Assembly (NCBI GenBank): GCA_963765765.1
Contig: CAVXYC010000015.1
Location: 416,001-480,000 of the forward strand
Source of the DNA: an uncultured Chloroflexia bacterium
GTDB taxonomy: Bacteria > Chloroflexota > UBA6077 > JACCZL01
Direction of reading: 5' to 3'
DNA: 64,000 nucleotides
The notes under the pieces were generated by a model. The model saw only the letters and a list, made by a program, of their open reading frames with translations, was not told the origin of the DNA and did no database searches. Positions 58,763-64,000 of this stretch are shown one piece after another. The stretch's first letter is position 1, and each line of letters begins with the position of its first letter. Position numbers and translations under genes: made by a program.

Positions 58763-59477
58763 GACGTTCCATGTAGCTTGGTGTGAACTGACGCACGCGC
58801 TTTTCCGGATACGCGAAATTCGGGTCTCGTCGCGCCACCACCAGGGCCGAGATGCCAATCTCCTTGAAGATCGGCTCCAGGGGCCTCAGCAAGCGTCCAC
58901 CACGCGCCGCTACGAATGCCGTCTCCAGCACGGTGTAGCCTGCTCGTTGGACCATGAACTCCGCGGTGCGCGGCGTAAACGCGTAGATGTGCTCCGCGGC
59001 CATGTAGCCGTTGTGGCCGATAACCCACTTGATTAACCAATCGAGCGGACGGGAGGGCGGGATTGTGGGCACCATCATGAAGATGAGCCCGGTTGGCCTG
59101 AGGGCTTCATGCAGCCGGAGCAGAAGGAGGTGCGGGGCCACGAGATGCTCGATGATGTTTGAGCAATAGGCCGCATCGAACTGGCGGTCCAGCTCCGGGA
59201 GCGAGTCCTCCACGTTTGCAAGCTGTGCGTTGAGACCTTGCGCCCGCACGGCTTCGACATTTGCTTCCACGGCGTCCAGACCGAGGCTGCCTGGGCCGAA
59301 ATGAGCCAGATGGTCACCTCGTCCGCAACCCACGTCCAGGACTGAAAGGTTATCTGCCCCGTACTGGGAGCAAAGGAATCGAACCGCGCGCGTGGGCGGA
59401 GCCGAGTTGTGCATGACGATATATTCCCTGAGGCTGCGACCTCGCGACAATGGGAGGCCAGTTGGGACCGCCGACAT
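58749..59477 (-). CDS. Class I SAM-dependent methyltransferase
   Basis: Motifs VLDVGCGRG, SNIIEHL, LRPTG, EHIYAFT. Confidence 0.85.
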   Translation of the reverse strand: MSAVPTGLPLSRGRSLREYIVMHNSAPPTRAVRFLCSQYGADNLSVLDVGCGRGDHLAHFGPGSLGLDAVEANVEAVRAQGLNAQLANVEDSLPELDRQFDAAYCSNIIEHLVAPHLLLLRLHEALRPTGLIFMMVPTIPPSRPLDWLIKWVIGHNGYMAAEHIYAFTPRTAEFMVQRAGYTVLETAFVAARGGRLLRPLEPIFKEIGISALVVARRDPNFAYPEKRVRQFTPSYMERLDQR

Positions 59478-59493
59478 CCTGTCGGCGGTCCCA
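59463..59493. repeat. Single REP-like hairpin (family 2-related)
   Basis: TGGGACCGCCGACA-TCC-TGTCGGCGGTCCCA, a perfect 14-bp stem between divergent genes. Confidence 0.75.
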
Positions 59494-59528
59494 GCCGTGC
59501 TTGCTATGCTCTGTCGCCTGGAGATTCA

Positions 59529-60749
59529 TTGACTGATTCTGCTTCTACATCGACTACATCGACCGAGTCGCGTGGACCAGCGCCCGGACTCTTTTCGGTC
59601 GAGTTTGGACTGATTTGCGCCGCGCAATTTCTCAGTTACGCTAGCAATCTGATGGTGGATCCGGTCCTTTCCCTTTACCTGGCGTCGGTTGGCTACTCAA
59701 CAACTCTGATCGGCGTCATTATTGCCGCCTTCAGCATCATGTCCTTCGCAACGCGCCCCTTTGTGGGGCGCGGAGTTGACGTCTGGAGCCCACGAGCGAT
59801 CTATGTAATCGGCGGGCTCGCTCTCGCAACGGGAAGTTTTTCTTACATCTTCCCGATATTTGGATTGTTGCTCATCGCTCGGATGATTCACGGCCTTGGC
59901 TGGGGCTGCATCAACACCGCGGGGGCAGCGTTGGCGACTGAGGCAGGGCCACCGCACCGTCGCGGTGAGGCCCTGGGCTACTTCTCGGCGATGCCAAGCC
60001 TGGCAGCAACCAGCGCACCGGCGCTTGCCTATTGGTTGGCGAGCCATCATGGATTTCACCTGGTCTTCGCTGTGTCAGGAACGCTGGCATTATTCGCCGC
60101 AGCCACTGCGTGGCGCATTCGAAATCCGCCGCGGCCGCAGGGTAGCCCGTCGTCAGGCGGCTTCTGGTCAACGCTTATCGAGCCGACGGTCTGGCTACCG
60201 ACGACGCTGAATCTATTGTTCACGATTACCCAGGCCACAACGACGATTTACCTGGCACTCTACGCTCGATCGCGCGGCGTTGAAGACGTTTCCTTGTTCT
60301 TCCTGGCATCGGGAATCACGCTCTTTGCTTTTAGTCTCCTCGCTCGCTGGTCCGATCGTTGGGGCCGATCGCCCGTCATTGCGGCGTCGTTCCTGTTCGG
60401 ACTGGCGGGCCTCACCGCCATCCTTCTCGCCGACTCTCTTCCAATGCTCATGACGGGAGGGGTGCTCTTCTCGATCGGATTTGGCCTCGTTGCTCCGACG
60501 CTCATCGCCTTCGCGGTAGACAAAGCTCCGGCAGCGCGGCGTGGGGCAGGGCTGGCAACGTTTACGGCGTCATACCAGGTGGCGTACGCAGTTGCCGCGC
60601 TGCTCTGGGGATTCGTCATAGACCGCTGGGGCTTCCAAACAATGTTTCAGCTCGCGTTCGTGCCGCTTGGCTTGGGTCTGGTGTTGGTGATGAGTCACTG
60701 GGGATCTGGTCTGTCCGGGATCTCAAATACTTCCCCGTCCGGGGATTAG
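59529..60749 (+). CDS. MFS transporter
   Basis: About 12 TM segments; motifs RPFVGRGVD, ARMIHGLG, RRGEALG, WSDRWGR, RRGAGLA; TTG start after GGAG. Confidence 0.9.
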   Translation: MTDSASTSTTSTESRGPAPGLFSVEFGLICAAQFLSYASNLMVDPVLSLYLASVGYSTTLIGVIIAAFSIMSFATRPFVGRGVDVWSPRAIYVIGGLALATGSFSYIFPIFGLLLIARMIHGLGWGCINTAGAALATEAGPPHRRGEALGYFSAMPSLAATSAPALAYWLASHHGFHLVFAVSGTLALFAAATAWRIRNPPRPQGSPSSGGFWSTLIEPTVWLPTTLNLLFTITQATTTIYLALYARSRGVEDVSLFFLASGITLFAFSLLARWSDRWGRSPVIAASFLFGLAGLTAILLADSLPMLMTGGVLFSIGFGLVAPTLIAFAVDKAPAARRGAGLATFTASYQVAYAVAALLWGFVIDRWGFQTMFQLAFVPLGLGLVLVMSHWGSGLSGISNTSPSGD

Positions 60750-60784
60750 CGCAAGGGAAGGCAGCGTTGCATATACTGCCGTAC

Positions 60785-61444
60785 ATGCGACCCTTTGCCC
60801 ATCGGTTCATAGCTGCTCTAGCGATGCCTATCGTGTTGGGAGGATTCCTGGTGGCGCCCGTGCTCGCTCAGGGAAATGCCGTCGACGTTCTTCCAAACGC
60901 CGACGCGATTGTTGGACTCTTACGCGGACTCGAGTTCCGTGCTGAGTCCTTCGATGTGGCAAGAGGTGATTGGACTGAATCCGCGGGTTTTACAGTGCCT
61001 GACGAGCAGGATGTGGTAGTTCACACGTTGGTGACATATGTGGCCACGCTTCCATCCATACTGGAAGCGCGTAATTTCTTCCAATCTCGAGCGCGTCAGC
61101 TAGAGCTGGACAATGAGATGACGCACGCCTGGAATACACCAAAATCGGAAAATCTTGGTGCCGATGATAGTCGCGAGTTCCGCATCATCTACGTCGATAT
61201 CGCCAGTCGGTCCCGCTCAGCGGAATACGCCCGACTTATGCGACGCGGTCCGATTGTGGGTCTCGTAGAGGTCGTTGGAAGTCCGGCGATCGACGACGAG
61301 GGACAGATCGACGAAGGTAGGCGTTCTATCCTGCTGAGCGTGGCCCAGCTCTTAATGTCTCGCATGGCTCAGGCGCCGATCCCGCCGATGAATGAAGCGG
61401 GTAGCCAGTCGCTGGTGTCACTCGGTTTCCCCGCGCCGAGCTAG
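60785..61444 (+). CDS. Hypothetical secreted protein
   Basis: MRPFAHRFIAALAMPIVLGGFLVAPVLA is signal peptide-like and precedes a soluble domain; no family recognised. Confidence 0.55.
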   Translation: MRPFAHRFIAALAMPIVLGGFLVAPVLAQGNAVDVLPNADAIVGLLRGLEFRAESFDVARGDWTESAGFTVPDEQDVVVHTLVTYVATLPSILEARNFFQSRARQLELDNEMTHAWNTPKSENLGADDSREFRIIYVDIASRSRSAEYARLMRRGPIVGLVEVVGSPAIDDEGQIDEGRRSILLSVAQLLMSRMAQAPIPPMNEAGSQSLVSLGFPAPS

Positions 61445-61517
61445 CGTCTCCGGCCGATAGAGGGTTGAATGCTCGGTCAAAGCAGACGCCACCCGACACA
61501 TGAATGGCCACTGAGCA

Positions 61518-62750
61518 CTAGCCCGTTCGTGCCTTCTCATAGATGGCTTCATACCGCGCCGCCATCTGCTCGATCGTGAATCGCTCCAGGAGTCGCTCAC
61601 GCCCGGCGTTGCCGAGCTGAGTGGCCTCATCAGGGTTTTTGAGTATCCGGGCAATCCGATCTGAGACGCTCGCCTCGTCGTACGGATTGACAACATAGCC
61701 GGAGACTCCATCTTCGACAGCCTCCGGTGTCCCGCCAAAGCAAGTGCCCACGACGGCCCGCGCGGCTGCCATTGATTCCAGGTTCATGGTCGGAAATGGA
61801 TCGAGATAGGCGCTCAGATTGAGCACCGCCGAGGATCGATGAAGTACGCCCGGAACGTCTTCTCGAGGCACCAGACCAAGAAATCTCACTCGCTCAGCGA
61901 TGCCCAGGTCCTCTGCTACCGCGGCGAGATGCCTTCCGTACCATCCGTAACCGCCCATGATGACAAGCTGCGCGTCGGGGGCGGCGGCGGCCGCTCGATG
62001 GAATGCTCGTAACGCAAGCTCGTGTCCCTTGAATTGACTGAGGCGACCTCCCGCTAGCACCGCGGGCCCTGGCGACAGATCCCATCGCTGATCGACATTC
62101 GTAGATGTCCGGTTGATGAACTCGGCAGACGGGATGCCGTTGTGAACGACGCGGGCATTCGGAAGGCCGTTAGCGATGAGTGCCTGGGCGAGCGCATGAC
62201 TTACCGCGATGGGCGTCCGAACGACACGTTCGAGATACGCACGAACGATCCGATTTCGGACCGGAAATGACCAGTAGAGTGAGCGGCAGCTCCGGCAGCG
62301 TTCGGGATGCGCGACTGGCGCTGGGGTCGATCTATCCATGTGCTCAGGCTGGATGTAGCAATGAAACTTCGTGTAGCAAAAGGCCAGAGCATCCTGCGCG
62401 GTGTGCACGACCGGTGCGACCTTTGATGCAAGCCGTAGCGACTCGTAGCTCAGGTGTTGATGGATGTTCCAGGCATGCACGACGTCGGGCTTGAAGGCTC
62501 GCAGGGCACCAGCCACGCCGCCGGTTGCAGATGGATTGATCAGGGAAAGCGCTGGGCGGAGCCGGGGGTGATATTCGGAGTGAACTTGGTACACGTCCAG
62601 GCCGTTCCAGCTTGCATGTCCCGTGGCCTCAGGACCCGCGGTGAGCAGCGCGACGGTGTGGCTCTGCTGAAGCTGGCGCGCCAGGTAGCGCACCATCACT
62701 TCCCCACCTCCCGTGGCGCTGAAGGAATCAGCCATCAGGAGAACGCGCAT
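61518..62750 (-). CDS. Glycosyltransferase family 4
   Basis: Motifs GGGE, PDVVHAWN, GRLSQFKG, DPFPTMNLESMA. Confidence 0.9.
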   Translation of the reverse strand: MRVLLMADSFSATGGGEVMVRYLARQLQQSHTVALLTAGPEATGHASWNGLDVYQVHSEYHPRLRPALSLINPSATGGVAGALRAFKPDVVHAWNIHQHLSYESLRLASKVAPVVHTAQDALAFCYTKFHCYIQPEHMDRSTPAPVAHPERCRSCRSLYWSFPVRNRIVRAYLERVVRTPIAVSHALAQALIANGLPNARVVHNGIPSAEFINRTSTNVDQRWDLSPGPAVLAGGRLSQFKGHELALRAFHRAAAAAPDAQLVIMGGYGWYGRHLAAVAEDLGIAERVRFLGLVPREDVPGVLHRSSAVLNLSAYLDPFPTMNLESMAAARAVVGTCFGGTPEAVEDGVSGYVVNPYDEASVSDRIARILKNPDEATQLGNAGRERLLERFTIEQMAARYEAIYEKARTG

Positions 62751-62796
62751 GTCGCCTCCAATGGACGGCTCGATGATTCGATCGCTTGGGAGTGGT

Positions 62797-64000
62797 TCAC
62801 GGTCGCGTCAGTAGTCGCCAGCAGAGCGCATTCGTGGCAAGTCGTGCCGCGAGCATGAGAGCAACGTAGCTCGCGGCCGCGGCCATGGCGCCCGAGCTTC
62901 GTATGAGCGCGAGCGCGATGGGCAGCCCGATAACCAGCACAACGAGATGGACGCGAATTGGAAGGTCCGTACGGTCCAGTGTTCTGAAAAGCGGCCCCGC
63001 GGTGAGGCCGAATCCGAGAAGCGCGCTGTCAATCGCCAGGACGAGCGCGAGGGGAACGCTATCAGCATAAGCCCCGCCGTAGAGCGACGTAATTAGCCAC
63101 GGGGCGCCCATGGCAAACGGAAGCGTCAATCCCAACGAGATGAGTACACCCGATAGGCTCACCGAGACGAAAAATGCGCGCAATCTCTGGGGAGTACGCG
63201 CATGGACTTCTGGCAGCTTCACCATCAGAAGCCGCGAGATTGGCGCAAGTAGCAGCGCTGGTATCGCGATGTAGCTCAGGGCGATCCGCAGGTGCGCCAC
63301 GTCATCAGTGGCGACGACGGCGCCCAGGAAAAGAACCGGAAATAGCGGGTAGATCGTGGCCAGATTCTTGTCCAACGCCATCGTCAGACCTGACCTGGTC
63401 TCGTGCCAAACCGGAAAAGTGGGGTGGACGATGCCTACAAGAAGGCGCTTGATGGATGGCAGGAGGGGTGACCGTCGTCGCAGCCACTCGTAAACGAGGA
63501 CCGACACCAATGCAATCAGGATCGACGCGACAAGCTGACCGACCAACACTGCACCGGCAGTCATGCCCAGCAGCGCTCCGGCGATAGCCGCCGCGGCAAG
63601 CAAAGCATTGGAGCCGTTTTCGAGCCAGGCGAGCTCCTTGATCTTGCGTGCACTCTGAAGCGCCAGAACAGTTGTAGCCGAGATCACCACCCAGCTCACC
63701 GGTAGCAGGTAGAGGCGCAGCAGCTCGCCAAGCACCGCGTTTCCGTAGAGCAGCTCCGTGGCCGTCGGCGCGACGAGGATGGCGATGGGGATAATGAGCG
63801 TCGCCGACCACACGCCGATTGAGACGAAGTACGACATCGCCTTCGCAGCGGAGTCCACATCATCTAGTGCTATGGCGGCCGCAAGTCGGGTTGTGGCAGC
63901 GTGATCCTGACCCAGACGTCGCAGGAGACCCACGGTGGTGCCGATGGATACTACCAGCGCATAGGTCCCGTACTGTTCCGCTCCGAGCGCCCGTGCGAGC
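62797..64000 (-). CDS. wzx: Oligosaccharide flippase (Wzx/MOP family), 5' end beyond the window
   Basis: The edge frame reads ARALGAEQYGTYAL (typical Wzx TM1-2 motif); APWLITSLYGGAYADSVP; polytopic. Confidence 0.75.
   Translation of the reverse strand, partial: LARALGAEQYGTYALVVSIGTTVGLLRRLGQDHAATTRLAAAIALDDVDSAAKAMSYFVSIGVWSATLIIPIAILVAPTATELLYGNAVLGELLRLYLLPVSWVVISATTVLALQSARKIKELAWLENGSNALLAAAAIAGALLGMTAGAVLVGQLVASILIALVSVLVYEWLRRRSPLLPSIKRLLVGIVHPTFPVWHETRSGLTMALDKNLATIYPLFPVLFLGAVVATDDVAHLRIALSYIAIPALLLAPISRLLMVKLPEVHARTPQRLRAFFVSVSLSGVLISLGLTLPFAMGAPWLITSLYGGAYADSVPLALVLAIDSALLGFGLTAGPLFRTLDRTDLPIRVHLVVLVIGLPIALALIRSSGAMAAAASYVALMLAARLATNALCWRLLTRP

Noticed and set aside
60359-60784. 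361-aa ORF starting inside the MFS gene
   Set aside because: The upstream part overlaps the MFS gene out of frame; the signal peptide begins at ATG 60785.
1-64000. CRISPR array, tRNA, rRNA, integrase or transposase
   Set aside because: No regularly spaced direct repeats, structural RNA signatures or recombinase motifs were seen; the repeats are dispersed palindromes.

Overview
GC-rich bacterial DNA. The GT-C paralogues with C-terminal Ig-like domains suggest Chloroflexota, but this is inference only. The first 2.7 kb holds a NUDIX hydrolase, a MocA-like nucleotidyltransferase and a split XdhC pair. The remaining ~61 kb is one cell-envelope glycosylation locus in three parts. (1) 2.8-29 kb: 14 near-consecutive polytopic GT-C/ArnT/PMT-like glycosyltransferase genes, including tandem paralogue blocks of 4 and 6 copies, interrupted only by a sulfatase-like gene with Thr at the nucleophile position. 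(2) 30.5-47.4 kb, + strand: UDP-HexNAc dehydrogenase, a deacetylase, a NeuA/NeuB/HAD-phosphatase trio whose synthase resembles animal NANS (9-phosphate, KDN/Neu5Ac-type route), two HP-motif GT-B proteins, Wzm/Wzt and GT4s. (3) 47.3-64 kb, - strand: Wzx, GT4s, three methyltransferases, GNAT, DegT, YdjC, AsnB, a Wzy-like protein and a 4-epimerase. Gene junctions carry about 15 REP/REPIN-like palindromic elements of several families. Some appear to supply start or stop codons, and one is read in frame as the linker of a double-GT4 ORF. About a dozen single-base frameshifts are most likely long-read errors. No rRNA, tRNA, CRISPR array or transposase was seen.
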